Shown here one piece after another: positions 29,187-36,875 of a stretch of DNA of 57,699 nucleotides. Within the stretch, counting starts at the first letter, position 1. Each line of letters begins with the position of its first letter. The position numbers and the translations under genes are program-made. Origin of the DNA: a virus (Duplodnaviria; Caudoviricetes); IMG/VR virus record IMGVR_UViG_3300047547_000110, positions 1-57,699 of that record, one strand, 5' to 3'. The notes under the pieces were generated by a model, which had not been told where the DNA came from, did no database searches, and worked only from the letters and a program-made list of their open reading frames with translations.

Positions 29187-29371
29187 GACGGATTCTCCTG
29201 TGCTGCAGCTTCCAGTAGCTCGATCAGCCGAAGCCCGTTGCCGCCATAGCCGTCTTCCAGTAAGTTGGCTATGCGACGGGCCGCTTCTTCTGCGCGGTCC
29301 GCTGCTTGAGACATGCGGTCAGCCGTGGCTTCAAGCCTATGAACTGCGCGCCACATTGATTCATCATTCAT
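29183..29371 (-). CDS. Hypothetical protein
   Basis: Overlapping start/stop with neighbours. Confidence 0.6.
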   Translation of the reverse strand: MNDESMWRAVHRLEATADRMSQAADRAEEAARRIANLLEDGYGGNGLRLIELLEAAAQENPS

Positions 29372-29921
29372 GGCTTGGCACCCCGTGCGTATGAATTGGG
29401 TTCAGGTCATCTGCCCAAGAGGGCCAGTCACGGAGAGGACGACGAACCAGGCGAGCCTTGCCGCCTTCGAGGTGGAGGTATTCGGTGATGAAGACACTAG
29501 GCTCGGCAGGCGAACCGCCCAGCAGCTCTTGCAGGACGTCCAGGGCCACGCCGACCTCGGACGAGGAGGCTTCTCCAATGTGCTCCATGCCCTGCAGACG
29601 CTCAACAACACGTATCAGCGCCCGGGCCTGCAGGTCGCGCCGGTTGGTGTGCTCCCGCACGACGTCGAGGATGGCATCGTCGAAGGGCGACGGGTCCATG
29701 TCTTTGCCGTTCTCCGCCTCGGCAACCAGGCGCTCAACGCATGCCTCGTCATCCTCAGCAGCATGCAGCTCGACGAGAGCGTACTCGAGACCACGACGGT
29801 ATGCGTCACGAGCTGGAGCCCGGCAGTAGCTGTGCTGGCTACGCCATTGGCGGAATACGATGACCAGCAGTATGGCCATTAGCACGATTGAGAGAGTGAC
29901 CCAGGGGTCGATGTTGTTCAT
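29364..29921 (-). CDS. Membrane-anchored hypothetical protein
   Basis: GGAG RBS, N-terminal TM helix. Confidence 0.65.
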   Translation of the reverse strand: MNNIDPWVTLSIVLMAILLVIVFRQWRSQHSYCRAPARDAYRRGLEYALVELHAAEDDEACVERLVAEAENGKDMDPSPFDDAILDVVREHTNRRDLQARALIRVVERLQGMEHIGEASSSEVGVALDVLQELLGGSPAEPSVFITEYLHLEGGKARLVRRPLRDWPSWADDLNPIHTHGVPSHE

Positions 29922-29930
29922 GATGTTCTC

Positions 29931-30440
29931 CTATTGGTCAACAGCTGATATGAAACGCTTAAGAGCATGGTAGGCCTTGCTATCAGTCTGCCCGTCGATT
30001 ACAGCATCCTCGACGTAGCCGTTCGTAGTCTGCACCCGCAGCCACGTCCGCTGAGAGGCGGTGATCTTACGGACAAAGTCTAGCGGCACGAGGAAGCCCT
30101 TGCGCGATTCTTTTGTTGCAGCCCCGAACTCATTAAAGTTGGTCAAGGGCTGCATGATCGAGAGGTCGTGCGTCTGCCCGTCGATGTTGAGCTTGGCGCC
30201 CGTAATGCCCTTGATGTCGTTGAATAGGTAGACGACGAGGATGGCCTCGGCTGGGCTCTTAGACGTCCACTGTGCGCCGAGTCCGGTGCAAAGCATGCCC
30301 TTGCAAGCATTACCGTGGCCGCCGATGGCTACAACCCGCGCATTGTCGAAGCCACTACGGGTGACATTGGGGCCAGTGCCTGAGGTAGTTGAGCAGCCTA
30401 TCAAGAGCAGCCCAACAGCAAAAAGAAGTAATCGAATCAT
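29931..30440 (-). CDS. Predicted lipoprotein
   Basis: Signal peptide with lipobox LIGC. Confidence 0.75.
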   Translation of the reverse strand: MIRLLLFAVGLLLIGCSTTSGTGPNVTRSGFDNARVVAIGGHGNACKGMLCTGLGAQWTSKSPAEAILVVYLFNDIKGITGAKLNIDGQTHDLSIMQPLTNFNEFGAATKESRKGFLVPLDFVRKITASQRTWLRVQTTNGYVEDAVIDGQTDSKAYHALKRFISAVDQ

Positions 30441-30477
30441 TATTAGCTCCTACCCGGTGTCGCTAAGCCGGGAGATA

Positions 30478-30519
30478 AAAGAAGGGGCGACGATCACAGT
30501 GTATCGCCGCCCCTTCTTT
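30478..30519. terminator. Terminator-like hairpin after nrdB
   Basis: AAAGAAGGGGCG...CGCCCCTTCTTT. Confidence 0.7.
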
Positions 30520-30544
30520 CAGGATGCCATCATTCCCAGCTGGG

Positions 30545-31504
30545 TCAATCGAAGGCGTCGTCCCATGTACCTTCGATGGCCCCCTTCGAGTAGTCCGTCG
30601 CCCGATTCTCGAAGAAGTTAGTATGCTCCTTCCCGAAGACGATCACATCGACCCAAGGCAGAGGGTTGGTGGCCACGCCAAAGAGAGGCCGCTCGCCAAG
30701 CTGGCCGAGACGCTGGTCAGCCACATAGCGGATATATCCCTTAACCTCCTCGGCCGTCATGCCTGAGTTGCCGCCACCGTCATACGCCAGGTCGATGAAG
30801 GCGAACTCGAGCTCCACCATCCGCTGAGCCACCTCACGAATACGCTCGGAGTGCTCTGCGGTCCGGATGTGGGGGTGTTCGGCCAGCAGCTGGTGATACA
30901 CCCTCACCATGCACTCGACGTGATGGGTCTCGTCACGGATGGACCAGCTGACGATCTGCCCCATACCCACCATCTTGCCAAAGCGGGTGAAGTTGAGCAG
31001 CATGACGAAGCTGGAGAAGAGCTGCAGCCCCTCTCCGAAGGCCGAGAAGACCGCGATGTCAAGCGCCAGACCTTCCAGCCCCTCGCGCTGCTGGAACAGG
31101 TACTCATGCTTGTCCACCATCTCGCTGTATCCCATGAAGGCGGAGTACTCCACCTCAGGGATACCCAGCTCGTCGATCAGCATCGAGTAGGCCTGGATGT
31201 GCACGCCCTCGCGGGCGGCAATCGAGGCCATCATCATGCGCAACTCGACCGGCTTGAAGGTCGGCATGTAGCGCTCGATGTACCCAGAGGCTACATCGAC
31301 GTCAGCCTGGGTGAAGAAGCGGAAGATGTGGGTCAGCAGGGACTTCTCCTCTGCTGTCAGCACAGTCTTCCAGGTCTTGATGTCCTCCGTCAGAGGCACC
31401 TCACGAGCGAGCCAGTGCATTTGCTCACTCGCTACAAAGGCCTCATAGGCCCATGGATACCAGAACGGCTTATATGCCGCCCGTTTGTCAAAGATACTCG
31501 CCAT
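30545..31504 (-). CDS. nrdB: Ribonucleotide reductase class Ia beta subunit
   Basis: Metal ligands D, E..H, E, DE..H and radical Tyr (EGVHIQAY); NFFE tail. Confidence 0.93.
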   Translation of the reverse strand: MASIFDKRAAYKPFWYPWAYEAFVASEQMHWLAREVPLTEDIKTWKTVLTAEEKSLLTHIFRFFTQADVDVASGYIERYMPTFKPVELRMMMASIAAREGVHIQAYSMLIDELGIPEVEYSAFMGYSEMVDKHEYLFQQREGLEGLALDIAVFSAFGEGLQLFSSFVMLLNFTRFGKMVGMGQIVSWSIRDETHHVECMVRVYHQLLAEHPHIRTAEHSERIREVAQRMVELEFAFIDLAYDGGGNSGMTAEEVKGYIRYVADQRLGQLGERPLFGVATNPLPWVDVIVFGKEHTNFFENRATDYSKGAIEGTWDDAFD

Positions 31505-31507
31505 AGT

Positions 31508-33322
31508 TTACCCCTCGCAGCTCGTGCAACCTTCACCAAGAGTGCATACTGCACCAGACGGGGCCGCGTCGTCCGCCTTCGTCTCTACGGGAGCAGGCTC
31601 ACGCAGGATGTCAGGCATCACACCGACCGACGTCGCCTTGACAGACGAGGAGCGGAGGTAGTAGAGGGACTTCAGGCCGAGCTCCCATGCACGGAAGTGG
31701 GTCTGATGGAGCGTCTTGGTCGAGACGTTGGCAGGCAGGAAGAGGTTGAGGCTCTGCGCCTGGCAGATGAACGGCTGGCGATCAGCAGCCAGTTCGAGCA
31801 TCACGTTCGGATCGACCTCCGAAGCAGTCTCGAAGACAGCCTTATCGTGCGCCGAAAGGAAGTCCAGGTGCTGTACAGAGCCGCGTTCGAGCACGATCGA
31901 GCGCCAGACCTCCGGGTCATCGCGGCCGAGTTCTGCAAGCCTGACCTGCAGTGCCGGATTGCGCACTTCATGAGAGCCTGCCATGGTCTTCTGCACGAAG
32001 GCATTGCTGACCAGGGGCTCCGTGCTCGGGCTGACCCCGCCGCAGATGATCGAAGAGGTGGCGTTCGGAGCGATCGCGATCAGGTGAGCATGACGCAGGC
32101 CTGTTCCCTTCATGTCCTCAGCTTCACCGCGCTCAACCGCGAGACGCATGGACGCCAGACGAGCCTCGCTGCGGATCGCATGGTAGAGCTGAGCGTTGAA
32201 CTCGGCAACGTGGGAGGAACCAAGTGCCCAGCCTTGCAGCTGGCAGTAGGTATGGAAGCCAAGGGTGCCGAGACCAATGGAGCGCTCCGACACGACCGAC
32301 TTGACAGCCCGCCACATCTCGTCAGGGGCGCGCTGGCAGAACACCTCGAGCGCATTGTCCAGCATGGTCACCAGGTCATCGATAAACTGGGTCCGATTCG
32401 GCCACCAGTCGTCGAGCTTTGCCACGTTGATGCTGGAGAGGCAGCAGACAGCGGTGCGGTCGGGAGCGGTCGGGAGGGTTATCTCAGTGCAGAGGTTCGA
32501 GTGGTGCACGCGGAGGCCCTTATCCTTGAGAGGCTGCGGCAGGCTGCGGTTGGCAGCGTCCACGAAGAAGAGGTAGGGTTCACCGAGGCGAGCACGTTGC
32601 TGGAGCATCTGAACCCACAGGCCGCGGGCTTGGACCGTCTCGCGGACGTTGCCGGAGTGAGGGTCAACCAGGTCCCATGGTTGGTCATCGCGCACAGCCT
32701 GCATGAAGGCATCACTGATGCAGACCCCGTGATGGAGGTTCTCGTTCTTGCGGTGAACGTCTCCACCCGTGGCCGAACGCATGTTGATGAACTCGACAAT
32801 CTCGGGATGGGACACATCGAGGTAGGTCGCATGAGCACCGCGACGAGTGGAGCCTTGGTGGTAGGCGATGGCCTGCGAGTCCTGGACGTGCATGAAGGAC
32901 ATGACGCCCGGCGTGTCCACGCCCTTGCTGGTGACTTCACCAACAGAGCGCACGTCACCCCAGTAGGTGCCGATGCCGCCGCCATTAGTCGAGAGGAAAG
33001 CGTTCTCCACGAAGTTCTCAGCCAAGCCGCGCACAGAGTCATCGACGTGGTTGAGGAAGCAGCTGATAGGCAGACCGCGGGTCGTGCCGCCATTCGCCAG
33101 CAGCGGAGTGGCGAACATGAACCATTGATTGGAGGAGTAGTTGTACAGTCGCTGCGCCAGGGCATCGTCGCCCCCGCTGAACGCCTTTGCCGCCCGGGCC
33201 AAGGCCTGCTGACCGGTCTCGCCGGGCAAGCAGAACTGTTTCTTGAGGGTCGTTACCGCGAAGGCACTCATGGCCTCATCGCGGGTGGGGTCGATGTCGA
33301 TCCCGGTCGCAGCATCTATCAT
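31508..33322 (-). CDS. nrdA: Ribonucleotide reductase class I alpha subunit (no ATP cone)
   Basis: ATP...N.G, ISCF, GGGIG, GEPY, SNLCTEI, APNATSS, KSLYYLRS, C-terminal CTSC. Confidence 0.93.
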   Translation of the reverse strand: MIDAATGIDIDPTRDEAMSAFAVTTLKKQFCLPGETGQQALARAAKAFSGGDDALAQRLYNYSSNQWFMFATPLLANGGTTRGLPISCFLNHVDDSVRGLAENFVENAFLSTNGGGIGTYWGDVRSVGEVTSKGVDTPGVMSFMHVQDSQAIAYHQGSTRRGAHATYLDVSHPEIVEFINMRSATGGDVHRKNENLHHGVCISDAFMQAVRDDQPWDLVDPHSGNVRETVQARGLWVQMLQQRARLGEPYLFFVDAANRSLPQPLKDKGLRVHHSNLCTEITLPTAPDRTAVCCLSSINVAKLDDWWPNRTQFIDDLVTMLDNALEVFCQRAPDEMWRAVKSVVSERSIGLGTLGFHTYCQLQGWALGSSHVAEFNAQLYHAIRSEARLASMRLAVERGEAEDMKGTGLRHAHLIAIAPNATSSIICGGVSPSTEPLVSNAFVQKTMAGSHEVRNPALQVRLAELGRDDPEVWRSIVLERGSVQHLDFLSAHDKAVFETASEVDPNVMLELAADRQPFICQAQSLNLFLPANVSTKTLHQTHFRAWELGLKSLYYLRSSSVKATSVGVMPDILREPAPVETKADDAAPSGAVCTLGEGCTSCEG

Positions 33323-33360
33323 ATTCAGGGGCTCCTGGTGGTTGAAGAGAAAGAGCTACG

Positions 33361-33391
33361 ATCTTGACACGTCTCGGGCGTAACGCAAGCC
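33361..33391 (-). promoter_or_regulatory. Putative nrdA promoter
   Basis: GG-CTTGCG-N17-CAAGAT. Confidence 0.45.
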
Positions 33392-33394
33392 GAC

Positions 33395-33433
33395 AAAAAG
33401 GAAAACCCCTGAAGCCTTGCAGCTTCAGGGGTT
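33395..33433 (-). terminator. Rho-independent terminator closing the ncRNA unit
   Basis: AACCCCTGAAG...CTTCAGGGGTT then TTCCTTTTT. Confidence 0.85.
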
Positions 33434-33435
33434 CG

Positions 33436-33665
33436 CCAGAGCCCAACCAACCGATCACAGGAGTGTGGAGATGAACGTCAACCACGAATGCAGTGTACTG
33501 CAGGAGACCGAGCAGCGCAACCGTCGTTGTCGCCAGGCCCAGGCCTAGATACGACAAAGCCCGCTCGGGGCGGGCTCTGAAGGACAGTGCGGTGTCAGCG
33601 GGCCGCCAGGCGCCACACATGCTCCCGTGCAGGACCCACGTCTGGGTTGCCCTGCAGGTTCGCAT
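33436..33665 (-). ncRNA. Putative structured RNA downstream of the tRNA
   Basis: Consecutive hairpins; no convincing minus-strand CDS. Confidence 0.45.
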
Positions 33666-33741
33666 TGGTTGCGGAGGTGGGACTCGAACCCACGACCTCC
33701 GGGTTATGAACCCAGCGGGCTGCCAACTGCCCTACTCCGCG
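33666..33741 (-). tRNA. tRNA-Met(CAT), initiator (fMet) type
   Basis: 76-nt cloverleaf, C1xA72 mismatch, GGG/CCC anticodon-stem pairs, TTCGAG T-loop, encoded CCA. Confidence 0.93.
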
Positions 33742-33746
33742 TCAAA

Positions 33747-33783
33747 TGGTGCCGGGCCATCAGGTTAGCCCGTCAGGCCCGGC
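33747..33783 (-). ncRNA. ACCA-terminated minihelix-like RNA
   Basis: GCCGGGCC/GGCCCGGC 8-bp stem plus unpaired ACCA, 5 nt before the tRNA. Confidence 0.45.
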
Positions 33784-33784
33784 G

Positions 33785-33856
33785 TGGTGAGAGGTAGACC
33801 TTGCTGCAAAGGTATGGGGCCGAGGCCCTAGCCAGTTCGCCTAGCGCTGTCTCACC
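33785..33856 (-). ncRNA. Atypical 72-nt cloverleaf RNA
   Basis: 7-bp closing stem GGTGAGA/TCTCACC+A and three internal hairpins. Confidence 0.45.
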
Positions 33857-33881
33857 GTTCAGCGTGTCGGAAGGTATGGTG

Positions 33882-33912
33882 ATGATAGCGGGCGACCTCG
33901 GCCACGGATGCC
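33882..33912 (-). promoter_or_regulatory. Putative promoter of the ncRNA unit
   Basis: GG-CATCCG-N17-TATCAT right after the terL stop. Confidence 0.55.
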
Positions 33913-33917
33913 ATCGT

Positions 33918-35384
33918 TTAGAAGGAGCCCTGCCGGACCTCCTTGCGCTTGAAGCGGACGCGATAGCGGGCCTCGTCAGCGATGTGGTCCTCCACGTCCG
34001 AATCGACGTCATCAGGGTCAGCCTCATCGCGCGGGATGGGTACAAAGGTCCTGATAAAGGCGGGACAGCGCTCTGCCACCACGAACAGACCAGGCTTCTC
34101 GCGAGGGCCGGCGATCGGCTGATCCTCCTCATCAAGGTTGAGCGCACCCTTGAGCCGCTTGCGTGTCTGCTCCCAGCCCTGCTTGCGTGACCCTGGTCCC
34201 TTGTCAGCCTTCTCCCACTTGACGCCCTTGCCAGCCATATCTTTGGCGATGCAGTTGCCGTTCTCCTCGTCGAAGATGGAGGAGTCAGCAGGACCAGGCT
34301 TCACGCGGCCCGCCAGGCCCAGGCCTATCTCGCGGAACTTGATGCCCTCAGCGATGTCGGAGGCGAGCATGCGCAGGCCCTCGTTCTCAGCGCCCTTCTT
34401 GCAGCCGTACCACTCGCCAATGCGGAACAGGTCGCCCTTGACCGTACTGATCTTGCGACCGCTCGGCAGGGTGAGCTCCGTGCCGTCAGACTCGGCCCAC
34501 CAGCCCACTGAGAAGGGCTTCGAGGAGCCCCAGTCGAAGGACCTGTCCACCGTCCAGGAGCGTGGCACTTGGAAGACTGGCACGCAGTGGACCTGCGTCT
34601 GCCAGAGGTCGTCGAACATGCCGCCCGACGTGATGTCCCAGCTGCCATCGAGCCAGGCCGCGACCTGCGCCGGGTTCGAGGCCGACGCGCGGATGCGCTG
34701 GATGTAGTCGGGGTCGGCATCCAGCAGGATGCGGTTCTCGCTGATGTGCCCGTGGATCGCCACGCGGTCGGGCTCGCCGGCCGTCTTGATGATCTTGCCC
34801 CGCATGCCAGGCAGCTGCCACCGGTTCTTGACCCAGTTGTGCCCGCGGCCGTACGGGTTGGTCGTGGCGCGCACCTTGCGAGGCATGCCCGCGACCGTTG
34901 AGCGGCAGCAGGAGAACATCTTGAGGTACATCTCGGAGGTGGCCCAGTTGGTGAGCTCCTCCCAGCCGATCCACGGGTACGCGTGGCCGTGGTAGTTGTC
35001 ATAGTCCGCCGGCTTGGACATGTAGCGCAGCAGGAGCTGCTCGCCGCTTGGGAACGTCCAGACGTAGTCGCTCTCGTTGAACTTGGCGCCTGGGAACCAC
35101 AGCTTGAACCAGGCCTTGGACTTCGCCACGACGTCGGAGAGCTGCTTATAGGTGGAGCGGAACAGGATGCCCCGCCACGCTGCGCCGTAGCCTTGCCCCA
35201 CGTGCTGGCAGAAGTCAGCCAGCAGCGCGTCAGTCTTGCCTGGGCCGCGGGTGCCCTCGTACAGGGTCTCGAATACCGGACTTGAGAGGAAGAGCACCTG
35301 CGAGCCGGCCTGCGCAGCCCACACCTTCACCTCAGGCTGCGCGACCTTCTTCTTCTTTTTCCAGTGCGGTGGGGTGTAGGCCAT
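33918..35384 (-). CDS. terL: Terminase large subunit
   Basis: Q-motif, Walker A GTRGPGKT, Walker B IGWEEL, TTNP, nuclease DWG...DHIADEARY. Confidence 0.93.
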   Translation of the reverse strand: MAYTPPHWKKKKKVAQPEVKVWAAQAGSQVLFLSSPVFETLYEGTRGPGKTDALLADFCQHVGQGYGAAWRGILFRSTYKQLSDVVAKSKAWFKLWFPGAKFNESDYVWTFPSGEQLLLRYMSKPADYDNYHGHAYPWIGWEELTNWATSEMYLKMFSCCRSTVAGMPRKVRATTNPYGRGHNWVKNRWQLPGMRGKIIKTAGEPDRVAIHGHISENRILLDADPDYIQRIRASASNPAQVAAWLDGSWDITSGGMFDDLWQTQVHCVPVFQVPRSWTVDRSFDWGSSKPFSVGWWAESDGTELTLPSGRKISTVKGDLFRIGEWYGCKKGAENEGLRMLASDIAEGIKFREIGLGLAGRVKPGPADSSIFDEENGNCIAKDMAGKGVKWEKADKGPGSRKQGWEQTRKRLKGALNLDEEDQPIAGPREKPGLFVVAERCPAFIRTFVPIPRDEADPDDVDSDVEDHIADEARYRVRFKRKEVRQGSF

Positions 35385-35794
35385 CAGAGCACCCTCTCCA
35401 CGCGCAGGATGGCGCGGTCGAACCAGGACGTGAAGTCGTGGAGCCAGTCCGTCAGGGAGCGGTCAAACTCACTGTGGATGCGGGTATGGTCCCGCTCGTC
35501 CAGCACGCGGATGAGGTAGTACTCCAGCTGCTCGGCGCGCCAGCCCAGGGTCACCTCGAGGTAGCGGTCGCCGTCCACCACGACGTAGTGTAGGATGGGC
35601 TCGCCACCATCAAGGTAAACGGTCTCGGCTATCCTGAGCCCGCGGTCTGGGTGGGTGCGCAGGTACTCCACGCAGTTCTCGTGGCAGCGGAAGTTGAAGA
35701 GGCCTGCCTCGGGGATAGGCCTGATGCCCTGGTGTCGGGCACGCAACCGGCGGGCAATCCGCTCTCGGGCTCGTTTGATGGCACGCTGGCGCAT
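35384..35794 (-). CDS. Hypothetical protein (Cys...His, possibly transglutaminase/papain-like)
   Basis: AAGGAG RBS; RCHENC...ILHY. Confidence 0.7.
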   Translation of the reverse strand: MRQRAIKRARERIARRLRARHQGIRPIPEAGLFNFRCHENCVEYLRTHPDRGLRIAETVYLDGGEPILHYVVVDGDRYLEVTLGWRAEQLEYYLIRVLDERDHTRIHSEFDRSLTDWLHDFTSWFDRAILRVERVL

Positions 35795-35880
35795 GGTGTG
35801 TTCTCCTTCTGTTCGTGGCGCGCCCATGGGCAATGCGGGGCGGTGTGACCGTCCCCACCGCAGAGCGCGCAATGCTTCAA
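35629..35880 (-). CDS. Possible zinc-knuckle protein (CX2CX4HX4C)
   Basis: TTG start overlapping the upstream stop, GGAG RBS; CALCGGDGHTAPHC. Confidence 0.45.
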   Translation of the reverse strand: MKHCALCGGDGHTAPHCPWARHEQKENTPCASVPSNEPESGLPAGCVPDTRASGLSPRQASSTSAATRTAWSTCAPTQTAGSG

Positions 35881-36131
35881 CGGCGCTCCATCTTGGTAGC
35901 GCATTCGATGGTCAGCCCATAGCCGAGGGCCAAGCGGCGCGGGTCTACGTCTTCACCACACCCGCAGGCGCAGCTACCGTCCTCCCTGGGAGCCCATCGG
36001 GCCTTGGCCTGGTCATTGCGCAGTCTTTGGGCGTCGATCGCGTCCTGGACGTGTATGGCAGTCTCTGCGCTTGCCCGGTCAATAGGGTCTGGGTGGTGTT
36101 CTGCTTCTGCCGTGGGTCTGCTCTCAATCAT
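35877..36131 (-). CDS. DksA/TraR-like zinc-finger protein
   Basis: DPIDRA...C.CGCGE.V...RL.L.....EC. Confidence 0.8.
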   Translation of the reverse strand: MIESRPTAEAEHHPDPIDRASAETAIHVQDAIDAQRLRNDQAKARWAPREDGSCACGCGEDVDPRRLALGYGLTIECATKMERR

Positions 36132-36201
36132 CGGTTGATCCTTTAGGTTAGATGTGGAAACGCGCCCGACCGGGCGCGCTCATTTAACATACTGCCATGG
36201 G

Positions 36202-36810
36202 TCAGGCTTTATCCTCGCCCTCATTGCCCGCGTACTTGGCTTGCTGCTCGCGGGCAGCATCAGCCCAGGCCTTCGGATCGATCACGCCGGGCACGATGAG
36301 AACGCCGCCAGCACCGCCTTCGACTTCCACCTTGTGGTTCTCGCGGTACTTCTCAGGACGGGCACCCTTGAGGACCAGAGCCATCAGCGTGTCGCTGTAC
36401 TTGCGCACAGTCAACTGGCGCTGCTCGCCCGTCTCAGGGTCCACGACTGTGGTCGGCATGCCTTGGTAGATGACAGGCTCGTCGTAGCCATCCACGGCAC
36501 GCCGCATGGCCTCTGCCTCGATACGGTCAGCAGCCTCCTCGATCGCAATCGAGTAGAGCTCCTCAAACCACTCGGACTGCTCCCGCCACTTGTCGACCGT
36601 GGAACGCGATACGCCCGCAGCACGGCAGCCCTCAAGGACGATGCCACGATTGGCGAAGGTACGCAGGAAGAGGCGACGGCGTTCGATGCTCAGGCGTTCA
36701 GAAGCGGAGAGGTCGTCGAGTTCCCACTCCACCAGTTCGAGCTCAGACACAGGACCCCGCTCATGCAAGAAGTCCCGCTGCTCATCTGTCATGTTCTTGG
36801 CGGACATCAC
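36202..36810 (-). CDS. terS: Terminase small subunit
   Basis: HTH (C.AAGVSRSTV..W), EA.RRAVDG..EPV, RKYSDTL...LKG.RPEKY. Confidence 0.85.
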   Translation of the reverse strand: MMSAKNMTDEQRDFLHERGPVSELELVEWELDDLSASERLSIERRRLFLRTFANRGIVLEGCRAAGVSRSTVDKWREQSEWFEELYSIAIEEAADRIEAEAMRRAVDGYDEPVIYQGMPTTVVDPETGEQRQLTVRKYSDTLMALVLKGARPEKYRENHKVEVEGGAGGVLIVPGVIDPKAWADAAREQQAKYAGNEGEDKA

Positions 36811-36844
36811 GTCCTCCTTTCAGTTTAATGGCTTACATGGTGTG

Positions 36845-36875
36845 ATGGTAGCACTCCAGGTCGGGAGCGTAAGCC
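36845..36875 (-). promoter_or_regulatory. Putative terS promoter
   Basis: GG-CTTACG-N17-TACCAT. Confidence 0.5.

Noticed and set aside
30851-33367. 838-aa + strand ORF and other long antisense ORFs (e.g. 26879-28240, 14411-15628, 49821-51047)
   Set aside because: Shadow frames opposite well-supported genes in GC-rich DNA; no motifs or RBS
33436-33860. tmRNA, RNase P or SRP RNA identity for the ncRNA unit
   Set aside because: I could not find their hallmark sequences (e.g. G3:U70 alanine acceptor with T-arm and tag ORF)
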